From the NCBI RefSeq assembly GCF_021731785.1, contig NZ_JAKFWS010000004.1, forward strand, positions 9,706 to 73,705: a stretch of DNA of 64,000 nt, in the 5' to 3' direction. Below the pieces are notes generated by a model, which saw only the letters and a list, made by a program, of their open reading frames with translations, did no database searches and had not been told where the DNA came from. The DNA is from Methylocystis sp. GTDB taxonomy: Bacteria > Pseudomonadota > Alphaproteobacteria > Rhizobiales > Beijerinckiaceae. The position numbers and the translations under genes are program-made. Of this stretch, positions 41,473-51,103 are shown in pieces. How positions within the stretch are numbered: position 1 is the first letter of the stretch; each line of letters begins with the position of its first letter.

Positions 41473-42342
41473 ATGATTTCGCGACTGAAGCGCAGCGTGC
41501 TGGCCATGCCGGGCTCGAACGCCCGAGCGCTGGAGAAAGGCAAGACGCTTTCCGCCGACGTCCTGATGTTTGAACTCGAAGACGGCGTGGCGGAATCCGC
41601 CAAGGCGGCGGCCCGCGAGCAGGTTGCGGCGGCGGTGGCGGACGGCGGCTATGGCGCGCGCCAACTTGTCGTGCGCGCCAACGCCCGCGGCTCCGCGTGG
41701 TATAAGCCCGACCTGGCCGCTATCGCGCCGCTCGGACCGGACGCCATCGTCATTCCCAAGGTCAATTCGCGCGACGAGATCCTGAAGGCGGCCGCAGATA
41801 TCGTCGCCGCGGGCGCGCCGCGCAAGACGCGTCTTTGGGCGATGATCGAGACTCCGCGCGCGGTGCTTGACATCGAAAAGATCGCGAGCGCCGCGGACGA
41901 TCCGGCTTCGCGCCTGGAAGTTCTGATCCTTGGGCCCAACGACATCGCCAAATCGACGCGCGCGCGACTGACGCCGGGCCGGCAGGCGCTGCTCTCCTGG
42001 CTTTCGGCGGGCGTGCTCGCGGCGCGGGTCCACAACATCGAGATCATCGACGGCATCTACAATGACTTCAACGACCTTGACGGTCTGCGCCGCGAGGCCG
42101 AACAGGGCCGCGACTTCGGCTTTGACGGGAAAATGTTGATTCATCCAAGCCAGATCGCTCCCGTGAACGAAATTTTCGCGCCCAGCGCCGAAGAGGTCGA
42201 TTTCGCTCGCCGGATCATCGCGGTGTTTGACGAGCCGGACAACGCCGACAAGGGCGTGGTGCAGATCGACGGCAAAATGGTGGAGCGTCTGCATCTCGAC
42301 ATCGCCCGGCGCACATTGCAGCTTGTCGAGGCGGCGAGCTGA
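41473..42342 (+). CDS. CoA ester lyase (CitE/malyl-CoA lyase-like, HpcH/HpaI family)
   Basis: RSVLAMPGSN, ELEDGVA, MIETP, GFDGKMLIHPSQI. Confidence 0.88.
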   Translation: MISRLKRSVLAMPGSNARALEKGKTLSADVLMFELEDGVAESAKAAAREQVAAAVADGGYGARQLVVRANARGSAWYKPDLAAIAPLGPDAIVIPKVNSRDEILKAAADIVAAGAPRKTRLWAMIETPRAVLDIEKIASAADDPASRLEVLILGPNDIAKSTRARLTPGRQALLSWLSAGVLAARVHNIEIIDGIYNDFNDLDGLRREAEQGRDFGFDGKMLIHPSQIAPVNEIFAPSAEEVDFARRIIAVFDEPDNADKGVVQIDGKMVERLHLDIARRTLQLVEAAS

Positions 42343-42410
42343 CGCGGCCGCCTGTTTTGCGGGCGCCGAACGCATCAACTATAAGAGGCCGGGAAGTCAA
42401 GGATTAGCCA

Positions 42411-43778
42411 ATGGTCTCGCCGGACGACGAAGAACCAAACCGCATCGAACTCTCGGAAGCGCCGGTCGATCCGGTGGAAATCCCCCCTGATCCGCCGCCC
42501 GTGACACGCAAGCGCCGCTCCGTTTTCGCCTCGCTGTTGTCGACGCTGCTGCTTATCGCCGTCCTCGCAGGCGCCGCTCTTTATGCGGCGATCGCGTTCA
42601 AGGACAGAGACGAGCGGTTGAAGGCCGTCGCCGATTATGCGGAGCCTTATGTCGATCAGGCGAGCGCCGCCTTCGACGAACTGAAGAACCGGCTCGGCGC
42701 GCTGCTTGGCGAGAAAGCGTCGACGCAAACCACTGCGGTCGCGCCCGAGCCAGCTCAAATCGCGCCGGCAAAACCCGCCGAAAAAGAGCAAACGACTGCG
42801 GTCGCGCCTGAGGCTCCGCCCGCCGCGCCGCCCGAACCCGTCCAACTCGCCCCGGCAAAACCCGCCGAAACGGCGGCCAGGCCGATGCCGAACGAGCCGC
42901 GCCCGGACTCCGTGGCCAACGCCGCGGTCGAGGCGCAGAACGCGGCCGTCGCGGCGTTACAGAGTCGCGTCGATGCAGCCGAAGCATTGGCGCAGCGGGC
43001 CTTGCGCGCCGCCGAGGCGGCGGAAGAAGCCGCCAACGCCGCACGGACGGCCGCGGAAGCGGCGGCGAAGGCGCGCCCGGCGGCCGATCCCGCTGGTGGC
43101 GGCCAGGGAGCCGCGCTCACCGCCAGCGATCAACTGACCGCGCTGGAAGGCCGCATCGACGAGCTCGGCGATGAAATGAAAGCGGTGCGCGGACGGCTCG
43201 AGTCGCCCAAAAACGAAACGCGCGCGGCGCCGGAAGCTTCCGCGGCCAAGACGCCCGAGGGACCTGCCGCCCTCGTCGTCGTCGCCTATGCGCTACAGCG
43301 CGAGTTCGAGGCGGGCCGGCCCTACTCCGTGGAGGCGAAGGCGCTGGCGCGACTCGGCGCCGATCCCGCTGCGCTGGCGGCGCTTTCGCCCTTTGCCGAA
43401 AAAGGCGCGCCGACCGCGGCGCAATTGAAAGCCGACTTCGCGCCAGCCGCAAAACGCATTCACGCGCTCGAGGGCGGAGACTCCGGGGATATCGCGCAGC
43501 ATTTGATGAAAGGCGCGAGCAAGCTCGTGCGCGTTCGTCCGTCCGGCGCGCCAACTGGCGAGGCTCAGTCGGTCGAAGAAAAAGTCGTTCACATCGACGC
43601 CGCGCTTGCGCATGGCGATCTTGCTCAGGCCGCGGCGCTTTTCGCGGCGCTTCCCGAAGCGGCGCAGAACGAGGCCAAGGACTTCGGCGCCGCGCTGCGG
43701 GCGCGCATCGACGCGGCGAAGTCGGCTGAAAATCTCTTGCATGGCGCGATCGCCGCGCTCGTCGCAACGAAGGAATGA
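42411..43778 (+). CDS. COG4223/mitofilin-domain (alphaproteobacterial Mic60-like) inner membrane protein
   Basis: N-terminal TM, Pro/Ala-rich linker, coiled coils, EAGRPYSVE and LVRVRP C-terminal motifs; upstream of hemY. Confidence 0.75.
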   Translation: MVSPDDEEPNRIELSEAPVDPVEIPPDPPPVTRKRRSVFASLLSTLLLIAVLAGAALYAAIAFKDRDERLKAVADYAEPYVDQASAAFDELKNRLGALLGEKASTQTTAVAPEPAQIAPAKPAEKEQTTAVAPEAPPAAPPEPVQLAPAKPAETAARPMPNEPRPDSVANAAVEAQNAAVAALQSRVDAAEALAQRALRAAEAAEEAANAARTAAEAAAKARPAADPAGGGQGAALTASDQLTALEGRIDELGDEMKAVRGRLESPKNETRAAPEASAAKTPEGPAALVVVAYALQREFEAGRPYSVEAKALARLGADPAALAALSPFAEKGAPTAAQLKADFAPAAKRIHALEGGDSGDIAQHLMKGASKLVRVRPSGAPTGEAQSVEEKVVHIDAALAHGDLAQAAALFAALPEAAQNEAKDFGAALRARIDAAKSAENLLHGAIAALVATKE

Positions 43779-43793
43779 GCGGGATCAATCGCC

Positions 43794-45194
43794 ATGCTGT
43801 TTCTCCTCTTTTTCATCATTGCGCTTGCGGCGGTCGCATATGGCCTTGAATGGCTGATCGAACAGCCAGGATCGCTGACGCTGGATTTCGCCGGCTATCA
43901 GTTCGAGGCGTCGATACCGGTGGCGGTCGCGGGCCTGCTGCTGATCGTCGCCGCGACGATCGTGCTTTGGGCGATCGTCATGGCGGCGCTGCGCATGCCC
44001 GGCCGCTGGAGCGGCGGGGCGCGGACGAAACGCCGGGATCAGGGATTCGACGCGCTGTCGCAGGGCCTGATCGCGGTGGGGACAGGCGACGCCGCCCGCG
44101 CCCGCAAGGCCGCGCTCGTCGCGGAGCGGCTGCTGCCGAACGAGCCGCTGACGCAATTTTTAAAGGCCCAGGCGGCGCAGCTGATCGGCGACCGACGGCT
44201 GGCGGAAGAGACCTTTCATAAGATGACGCTGACGCCGGAAACGAAGCTTCTCGGCCTGCGCGGACTGCATATCGAGGCGCGCCGACGCGAGGACGTCGAC
44301 GCGGCGCACCATTTCGCCAAGGAGGCGCACGCCATCGCGCCGGTGCCCTGGGCGGGGTCCGCCATGCTCGAACATCTCGCCGCGCAGGGCGACTGGGAGA
44401 AAGCGCGCGAGACGATCGAAGCCAGTCTCGCCGCCAAGGCGATCGACGCGCCGTCGGCGCAGAACCTGCGCGCCGTCGTCGAAACCGCGATGGCGATGGA
44501 GAAGGAGCGCGATCATCCCCATGACGCGCTGCATCTCGCGCGCCAGGCGCTGAAGCGCCGGCCGGGTTTCGCCCCCGCTGCCGTCGCCGCGGCGCGCGTG
44601 CTCGTCCGCCATGGCGACCGCAAGCAGGCGCTAAAGCTGATCGAAACGGTATGGGCGACGAAGCCCCATCCAGATCTCGCCGCCGCCTATCTCGAGGCGC
44701 TCTCGGGCGAATCGAACGCCGCCAGACTCGCGCGGGTGGAAAAGCTGGCGCGGACGGCGCCTAATGCGCCGGAGAGCCGGCATATCGTCGCCGAGGTCGC
44801 GCTGTCGGCCCGCAATTTCGCCAAGGCCCGCGAGGCGCTGGCGCCGCTCATCGCTAGCGGGCGACACCCGACCGCCCACACCTGCCTGTTGATGGCGGAG
44901 ATCGAGGACGGCGCACAGGGCCCTTCGGGGCCGGTGCGCGAATGGCTCGCCCGCGGATCGCGCGCGCCGCGCGATCCGGTCTGGATCGCCGACGGCGTCG
45001 TCTCGAAAAACTGGCTGCCGATGTCGCCGGTCACCGGCAGGCTTGACGCCTTCGAATGGAAGCCGCCGCCGGACTCCGCGCAACATTTGACTGAGGAAGG
45101 CAAGCCCAATATTCCGGCCGCCTTTTTGACCCGTCCCGCCGAACCCGTCGCGCTGCCGTCGGGCGATGCCTCAGGGGAAGCGGCGACGAGCTAG
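43794..45194 (+). CDS. hemY: HemY-family TPR membrane protein
   Basis: Two N-terminal TMs, GFDALSQGLIAVGTGD, TPR-like helices, WLPMSPVTGRLDAFEW. Confidence 0.85.
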   Translation: MLFLLFFIIALAAVAYGLEWLIEQPGSLTLDFAGYQFEASIPVAVAGLLLIVAATIVLWAIVMAALRMPGRWSGGARTKRRDQGFDALSQGLIAVGTGDAARARKAALVAERLLPNEPLTQFLKAQAAQLIGDRRLAEETFHKMTLTPETKLLGLRGLHIEARRREDVDAAHHFAKEAHAIAPVPWAGSAMLEHLAAQGDWEKARETIEASLAAKAIDAPSAQNLRAVVETAMAMEKERDHPHDALHLARQALKRRPGFAPAAVAAARVLVRHGDRKQALKLIETVWATKPHPDLAAAYLEALSGESNAARLARVEKLARTAPNAPESRHIVAEVALSARNFAKAREALAPLIASGRHPTAHTCLLMAEIEDGAQGPSGPVREWLARGSRAPRDPVWIADGVVSKNWLPMSPVTGRLDAFEWKPPPDSAQHLTEEGKPNIPAAFLTRPAEPVALPSGDASGEAATS

Positions 45195-45235
45195 CTCGCC
45201 TGCGTTCAAACTAATTGTCCGAAAAGGAAAAGGAC

Positions 45236-45778
45236 CTACCGCGCGCGGTCGGCGCGGCGAATGCGCACGTAAAGCGCGCCTTCGCCGCCGTGATGGCGCG
45301 CGGCTTCGCCAAAGCCCACTACCACGTCGCGCAGATTCGGCGCTTCGAGCCACATCGGCACCACGCGGCGCAGCACGCCGCCCTCATCGCGTGTCAGCCC
45401 CTTACCTGTCACGATGACGGCGATGCGCGCGCCATTCGACTGACATCGGCGCAGGAAAGCCGTCAAAGAGCGCTGCGCCTCGGCCTGTCGCAGGCCGTGA
45501 AGATCGAGCTTCGCGTCGACCTCCAGCCGCCCGCGTTTGAGCTTGGCGAAGGTGCGCGGGTCTATGTCGATCGGCCGCGGCGGAGATTTCGGCGGTGGCG
45601 GGCGGTCGCTGACAACGGAAGAGGCGGGCGGCGTGCGCGCCTCGACGGCAGGCGGCGCCGCCGGCAGTTTTTTCGCGCGCGCGCGCGACGGCCGAACGTC
45701 GGCGGTCGCCATCATCCACAGCTCGGCTTCGGCCTGCGACAGCCGGCGGGCGTATCGGCGAGAATTTTCCTCGCTCAC
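45236..45778 (-). CDS. Smr/MutS2-domain protein
   Basis: KLDLHGLRQAEA, VIVTGKG, HHGGEGALYV; GTG start 45778. Confidence 0.88.
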   Translation of the reverse strand: MSEENSRRYARRLSQAEAELWMMATADVRPSRARAKKLPAAPPAVEARTPPASSVVSDRPPPPKSPPRPIDIDPRTFAKLKRGRLEVDAKLDLHGLRQAEAQRSLTAFLRRCQSNGARIAVIVTGKGLTRDEGGVLRRVVPMWLEAPNLRDVVVGFGEAARHHGGEGALYVRIRRADRAR

Positions 45779-46893
45779 GGATCGTCTCCAACGTCCTTCG
45801 GCAGCAGCACGAACATTTGGGCGGCGTGCCGGATGTCGCCGGCTCGTCGGCCCGCCGCTTCCCCCGCGCCGAAAAAAAGATCGGCGCGGGCAGGCCCTAT
45901 TATGGCGGATCCGGTGTCTTGCGCGATCATCAGGCGGCGAAATTCCGTTTCGGCCCGGTCTTGCCAGGGGATGCGCGCCGCAATCCAGAACGGCAGGCCG
46001 TAGCACCAGATCGAGCGATCGACGGCGATCGATCGAAACGGCGTCAGCGGCGCGCCCTGACCGCCGATGGGGCCAATCCTGCGTTGTTCCGATCCGTCGA
46101 TCTCAAAGAATACATAGGAACGATTTTCCTGCATCAGGCGTCGGCCAGCTTCGCCAGGCCCGGCTCCAAGGCGTCGCAGCGTCTCCTTCATTATATCGAG
46201 CGACATTTCCGTTTTCGTCGCGAGGCCTCGTTCGACCAGCAGACGGCCGACGGACGTATAAGGCCAGCCGTTGCGCCCGGCATAGGTCAGCGCCATGACG
46301 CCGCCGTCTCGCAGCCGCAGCCGCGCCGAACCCTGCACCTGAATGAGGAACAACTCGACCGGATCGCGGACATAGGCGAGCGGATGCGCGCTTGGCGCCG
46401 CGCCTTCCTCTTCGATCGCGCGCCGGTCGGGATAGGGCACGAGCGCGCCATCGGCCTGACGTCGCGCGCTCGTCAGTTTTTCTCTGGAAGGAAGTACGAG
46501 CGGCGCCTCGTTCAGAGTGACGAGATCGAGCGGTCGCGACAGGACCGGGGTCGTAAAACCGGGCTCCGGCGACAGTCTGGCGTCGACCTCAACCTCGTAA
46601 TAGGCGGTGACGAAGCCTTGGGCCTTGATCAGGCGAGGGTGGAACCATCGGCGAAAGAAATCGGCGGCATCGTCGACGCTCGCACGCGCCGCGCGCGCGG
46701 CCAAGATCAGCGATGGCGGCGGCGGAACGGCGCTGCGCTGCTCTTGCGCATCGGCAGCGATGATCTTTGCGGAGCGGCGGAAGGCTTCGAAAGCCGCCGC
46801 AAGATCGTCGGCGAAAAAGCCGTCGATCTCGTCAAAGCCTATGCTTTGCTGCAAATCGGAAGCTAAAAAATGCGGCGCATCCTTGCGCGACAT
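45775..46893 (-). CDS. mltA: membrane-bound lytic murein transglycosylase A family
   Basis: TAYYE, IQVQGS, YAGRNG, AQDTGSAIIGPARADLFFGAG. Confidence 0.9.
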   Translation of the reverse strand: MSRKDAPHFLASDLQQSIGFDEIDGFFADDLAAAFEAFRRSAKIIAADAQEQRSAVPPPPSLILAARAARASVDDAADFFRRWFHPRLIKAQGFVTAYYEVEVDARLSPEPGFTTPVLSRPLDLVTLNEAPLVLPSREKLTSARRQADGALVPYPDRRAIEEEGAAPSAHPLAYVRDPVELFLIQVQGSARLRLRDGGVMALTYAGRNGWPYTSVGRLLVERGLATKTEMSLDIMKETLRRLGAGPGEAGRRLMQENRSYVFFEIDGSEQRRIGPIGGQGAPLTPFRSIAVDRSIWCYGLPFWIAARIPWQDRAETEFRRLMIAQDTGSAIIGPARADLFFGAGEAAGRRAGDIRHAAQMFVLLPKDVGDDP

Positions 46894-46895
46894 GC

Positions 46896-47597
46896 TCAGT
46901 CTTCGGCTTGCGTCGCGACGAGCTTCCAGTTCGGATCGTTTGCCTTCGGATCGCGCGCGAAGGTCCAGCGCTCGATGACCTTACGCGTCTGCCCGCCGTC
47001 GATGGTTTCGCCATCGCGGTCGCGGCGCACGCTCATCAGTCGGACGACGAAGCGCACCGTCACTTCATTGCGGCCGTCAATGGCGCGGGCGGCGTCGACC
47101 GTCGCCAAATCGATCGCGACGACGGCGGTCTCCATGGTCTCGCCTTGCTGCTCGCGCCGCGCGATGTCCGCACAGAAGCCATCAAAGACGTCCTGCGACA
47201 GGAGCGGTTTCAGCGTCTCGCGATCCCCCTTGGCGAAGGCGGTGACGATCAGGTCGTACGCGCGCCGCGCGCCGTTCAGGAAAGCTTTGCCGTCGAAGCT
47301 GGGGTCGGACGCCGCGACGGCGTCGAGACCGCTCCAGGCCGAAGCGACGCCCTTTTCAGCGACGCCCTCCCAGCGCTCCTCCCCGCTGGGGCGCGCCGGC
47401 GCCTCCGTGACGGGCGCAGCGCTCGGCAGAGGCGCGAGTGCGGCGGGAGCCGGGCGGCGAGGCCCGAAACGCCCCGCCGGCGGCGTATCGCGATCCACCC
47501 GCATTCCGAGCACCGAGCGCAGCTTCCAGATGACGAAAACCGCGAGCGCCGCGAAAACGATAAGGGTCGGATCAAAGAGGTCGCCGGACGCCGGCAT
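46896..47597 (-). CDS. Tim44/TimA-family protein
   Basis: IWKLRSVLG, FDGKAFLNGARRAYDLIVTAFAKGD, WTFARD...NWKLVAT. Confidence 0.88.
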   Translation of the reverse strand: MPASGDLFDPTLIVFAALAVFVIWKLRSVLGMRVDRDTPPAGRFGPRRPAPAALAPLPSAAPVTEAPARPSGEERWEGVAEKGVASAWSGLDAVAASDPSFDGKAFLNGARRAYDLIVTAFAKGDRETLKPLLSQDVFDGFCADIARREQQGETMETAVVAIDLATVDAARAIDGRNEVTVRFVVRLMSVRRDRDGETIDGGQTRKVIERWTFARDPKANDPNWKLVATQAED

Positions 47598-47720
47598 TAG
47601 CAACTCCCGAATAATTATATGGTCGGCTATCATGTCGCCGCGGATATGTCACGAATCAAGGGGCGGGCGCATTGCCGCGGGCGGAGCGCGCGAAGAAACG
47701 CCAAAAAAGCGGATGAATCG

Positions 47721-48164
47721 GTGAAATCGAAGCTTGTCGGCGTAACCCTTGCAGCCTGGATCGTGCTGGAGGTTCTCTCTTTTGCGCTGGTCGTAAGGGC
47801 CGTCGGGCTTGTCGTGGCGATCGTGCTCGCGATCGGCGCTTCGCTCCTCGGTCTTGCCGACGTGAGGCGCCTCCTCGACTTTTTTCGCGCCAGAGTCGCC
47901 GCGAAGGCGAAGGGCGAAAGCGCCGCCTTCGCCGACGGCGCGATGCTTGACGGCGCGATGCAGGCGCTCGCCTCGATCCTTCTCATTCTGCCCGGTTTCG
48001 CCTCCGATTTTGTCGGACTGGCGCTCAAATCGCCTTCGGTGCGGCAATATCTGGCGCGGCGGATACGGTCGCGCTCCGAAGCCGCCGATCCGCGCCTCAT
48101 CGACCTCGACCCCCGCGAATGGCGGCGGGAAGCGCGCCGGCCGCGGCGTGGCGTGGCGAGTTAG
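47721..48164 (+). CDS. fxsA: FxsA-family membrane protein
   Basis: Hydrophobic N-terminus, LLILPGFASDFVGL; GTG start; lies between timA and secB. Confidence 0.72.
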   Translation: MKSKLVGVTLAAWIVLEVLSFALVVRAVGLVVAIVLAIGASLLGLADVRRLLDFFRARVAAKAKGESAAFADGAMLDGAMQALASILLILPGFASDFVGLALKSPSVRQYLARRIRSRSEAADPRLIDLDPREWRREARRPRRGVAS

Positions 48165-48250
48165 CGGCGAAGGGCGCGCCTTGTTAGCGTCTGTGAGACG
48201 TGTTAGGCGGGCGCGAATTCTCACCGCTACGGCTTTGCTGGAGGCCTTAC

Positions 48251-48739
48251 ATGACCGATACGAATGGCAACGGCGCGCAAGGAGCGCCGGACGGCGCTCC
48301 GGCCCTTAACTCGCTCGCTCAATATCTGAAGGATTTCTCCTTCGAGAATCCCAATGCGCCGCGTTCGCTCGGTCCGCAGGATAAGGCGCCCAACATTTCA
48401 ATCCAGGTCAACGTCAACGCCAAGCAGCTGGCGCCGACCGACTTTGAAGTGAGCTTGACGCTCGACTGCAAGGCCGGCGAGGGAGAGGCGCTCCTCTTTA
48501 AGCTCGACCTCGAATATGGCGGCGTGTTCAGACTATTGAACATTCCCGAAGATCAGGTGCATCCGATCGTCATGATCGAGTGCCCACGCATGCTGTTTCC
48601 CTTCGTGCGCCAGATCGTCGCCGACGCGACGAGCAAGGGCGGCTATCCGCCGCTCTATATCGACCCGATCGACTTCGTCGCGCTCTATCAGCAAAAGGCC
48701 GCCGAAGCGGGCGGCCAGGCGTCGGCTCAGGCAAATTAG
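48251..48739 (+). CDS. secB: protein-export chaperone SecB
   Basis: [36 protein letters not shown]. Confidence 0.95.
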   Translation: MTDTNGNGAQGAPDGAPALNSLAQYLKDFSFENPNAPRSLGPQDKAPNISIQVNVNAKQLAPTDFEVSLTLDCKAGEGEALLFKLDLEYGGVFRLLNIPEDQVHPIVMIECPRMLFPFVRQIVADATSKGGYPPLYIDPIDFVALYQQKAAEAGGQASAQAN

Positions 48740-49452
48740 CCGCAGACAGGCGCCGGCGCGTCTTCGTCGCTTGCGAGATATCGATCCCAGATCGGCGATT
48801 TGATCGTCGTGACAAAAGCGAGGTGCGCCGATACTTCTTCGGCGCTCAGTCGCGGCGCGAGAGGCTGGGAGCGGTGGCGCAGCAGGTCATCGAACGCGCC
48901 GACGCGCACGGCGTGAATCGTTGGAAGCGACAACGCCGCCTGGCGCCCGCCGCAAAGCTCAGCGTAGACCTCCGCGAGAAGATTGGCGTCGACCAGGGCG
49001 CCGTGCTTGTCGCGCCGCGAAAGATCAATCGCGTAGCGCTGGCAGAGAGCATCGAGAGAATTGGGACCGCCCGGGTGACGGCGACGCGCCATGGCGAGCG
49101 TGTCGACAATGCGCGCGCCGCTCAACGGGGGCAATTTCATCAGCGCGAATTCAGCGTTGAGAAAGCGTGTATCGAATTCGGCGTTGTGAATGACGAGCGG
49201 AACATCCTCGATAAAGTCGAGGAACTCGGCGGCGATCTCCTTGAAGGCCCTGTGCTGCGCAAGAAATTCGTAAGAGAGCCCGTGCACGCGGAACGCCTCT
49301 TCCGGCATGTCGCGCTCTGGATTGAGATAACAATGGAAGTGACGGCCGGTGGGGATCAGATTGGAGATCTCGACGGCGCCGATCTCGACGACGCGATGGC
49401 CGCTCGATGGATCGAGCCCCGTGGTTTCAGTATCGAGAACGATCTCGCGCAC
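48736..49452 (-). CDS. dnaQ: DNA polymerase III epsilon subunit
   Basis: [27 protein letters not shown]. Confidence 0.96.
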   Translation of the reverse strand: MREIVLDTETTGLDPSSGHRVVEIGAVEISNLIPTGRHFHCYLNPERDMPEEAFRVHGLSYEFLAQHRAFKEIAAEFLDFIEDVPLVIHNAEFDTRFLNAEFALMKLPPLSGARIVDTLAMARRRHPGGPNSLDALCQRYAIDLSRRDKHGALVDANLLAEVYAELCGGRQAALSLPTIHAVRVGAFDDLLRHRSQPLAPRLSAEEVSAHLAFVTTIKSPIWDRYLASDEDAPAPVCG

Positions 49453-49491
49453 GTTATGCGAACCCCAGCTGATCCATTGGCTTAAGCTGTA

Positions 49492-50100
49492 TCATATCTC
49501 CAAACGCGCCTTTAAAGCTTTCAATATGTTGCGGACCTCGTCGCGGGCGGCCTCAAGACCCTTGTCGGTATGGACCACGAAATCGGCGCGGGCGCGCTTT
49601 TCAGAATCAGGCGTCTGCTTTAAGAGAATGGACGCAAATTTCTCGCGCGTCATGCCGTCTCGCCCGAGCACGCGCGCCTTTTGCACATCTTCCGGCGCGG
49701 TGACGACGACGATGGCGTCAAAATCCTTTTCGGCGCCGGTTTCGAACAGCAACGGAATATCGAAGACGACAATGCGGTCGCCCTTCTGTCGTCGCTCCTC
49801 GATCAACGCGTCGCGCGCCGCCCAAACCATCGGATGCACGATGGTTTCGAGACGTTTGAGCGCTGCCGGATCGTCAAGAACATGTTTGGCGAGACGCTGA
49901 CGATCGACGACGCCGTCGATGACGACGCCAGGAAAGGCGCGTTCGATTTCCGCCGCAGCCGGTCCTTGGTAGAGATCGTGCACGAGACGATCCGAATCGA
50001 GCACAGCAACGCCTTCGGCGCGGAACATCTGGGCCGTCGTCGACTTGCCCATGCCGATCGAGCCCGTCAGGCCGACGCGTAGCATCTTGTGTTCGCTCAC
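49492..50100 (-). CDS. coaE: dephospho-CoA kinase
   Basis: GLTGSIGMGKST, IVHP, DIPLLFE. Confidence 0.95.
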   Translation of the reverse strand: MSEHKMLRVGLTGSIGMGKSTTAQMFRAEGVAVLDSDRLVHDLYQGPAAAEIERAFPGVVIDGVVDRQRLAKHVLDDPAALKRLETIVHPMVWAARDALIEERRQKGDRIVVFDIPLLFETGAEKDFDAIVVVTAPEDVQKARVLGRDGMTREKFASILLKQTPDSEKRARADFVVHTDKGLEAARDEVRNILKALKARLEI

Positions 50101-50723
50101 GAGAGGAGCGCTCCTTCCCGCCGAAGCGCCGCGAGAAGCTCGAGAAGCGGCAGGCCCATGATGGTCCAGTGATCGCCCTCAACTTTCGAGAAGAGTTGCG
50201 CGCCCAAACCTTCGATCTGATAGGCGCCGGCTGACGTCAGCGCGTTGTCGCCCACCACCGTCAGATAGGCCGCGATGAACGCGTCGCTTAACCCGCGCAT
50301 CGTCAGATCGGCGACTGCGACAGTCTCAAAAATGACCGCGCCGTCACGCACGAGCGCGATCGCCGAATGCAGACGATGCCGCCTTCCGGAAAGAAAGCGC
50401 AGCAGCGCGTCGGCTTCGCGCATATCCGCCGGCTTGCCGAAAATCCTGCCTTCGCAGCTCGCCACCTGATCCGCGCCAAGCACAAGCCGACCTTCGGCGG
50501 AGCACGCCAGCGCCTTGGCGCGCGCGAGCGTCGACGCGATCGCGTCGGCGTCGGCTCCTGCGAGCTGTGATTCGATCGCCCGTTCGTCGAGATCCGCCGG
50601 AATCGATTCGAACGGGACGCCCGAATGCGCCAGCGCCTGACGACGACCAGCGCTTTTCGATGCGAGAATTAGCGGCGCCGATTCGCGCCAGAAGGGCGAC
50701 GTCGAACCGATGGTCACGTCCAT
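50097..50723 (-). CDS. maf: Maf-family nucleoside triphosphate pyrophosphatase
   Basis: LILASKS, LGADQV, KPAD, GAYQIEG, IMGLPL; start probably ATG 50723. Confidence 0.9.
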   Translation of the reverse strand: MDVTIGSTSPFWRESAPLILASKSAGRRQALAHSGVPFESIPADLDERAIESQLAGADADAIASTLARAKALACSAEGRLVLGADQVASCEGRIFGKPADMREADALLRFLSGRRHRLHSAIALVRDGAVIFETVAVADLTMRGLSDAFIAAYLTVVGDNALTSAGAYQIEGLGAQLFSKVEGDHWTIMGLPLLELLAALRREGALLS

Positions 50724-50799
50724 AGCCCTCGCGTGAAAGCCGAAGAGCGGGGATAAAGCGGCGCCGAAAACCGCTCCGTTTTTGTTAGCGGGCATAGAC

Positions 50800-51100
50800 C
50801 GGCCGATCGCTCAACAGGCAAAACCCTGTCGAACAGATTCTCTGACCGACCGGTACAGAAGGGATTCACAGCTCATCCACAGGCCGTTGCGCCGAGAAAA
50901 TCCGATATACCCATGATTCCATTCCCTGTCTTGATTTCTCCCGCAGGCGCCGCTGACCTTAGCCTTTTGCCGCTTGCCTGTGGGCGACTGGTTAATAAAA
51001 ATTAACCTTTGTGTCTTCCAAGCCGTAATTAAAGAATCAATTCTTATTAAAATGAATTTTGTTTTAATGGCGTTTCGCGCTACCCCGATCTTCGACGCAT
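50800..51100. other. candidate chromosomal replication origin (oriC)
   Basis: Divergent maf/hemE intergenic region; DnaA box TCATCCACA at 50873-50881 (8/9), weaker GGATTCACA at 50862-70, four GANTC sites, AT-rich tract at 50990-51070; parS/parAB nearby. Confidence 0.75.
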
Positions 51101-51103
51101 GAC

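Noticed and set aside
50990-51007. GGTTAATAAAAATTAACC as a CtrA site
   Set aside because: Spacing is N6 rather than the canonical TTAA-N7-TTAA; kept only as part of the oriC description.
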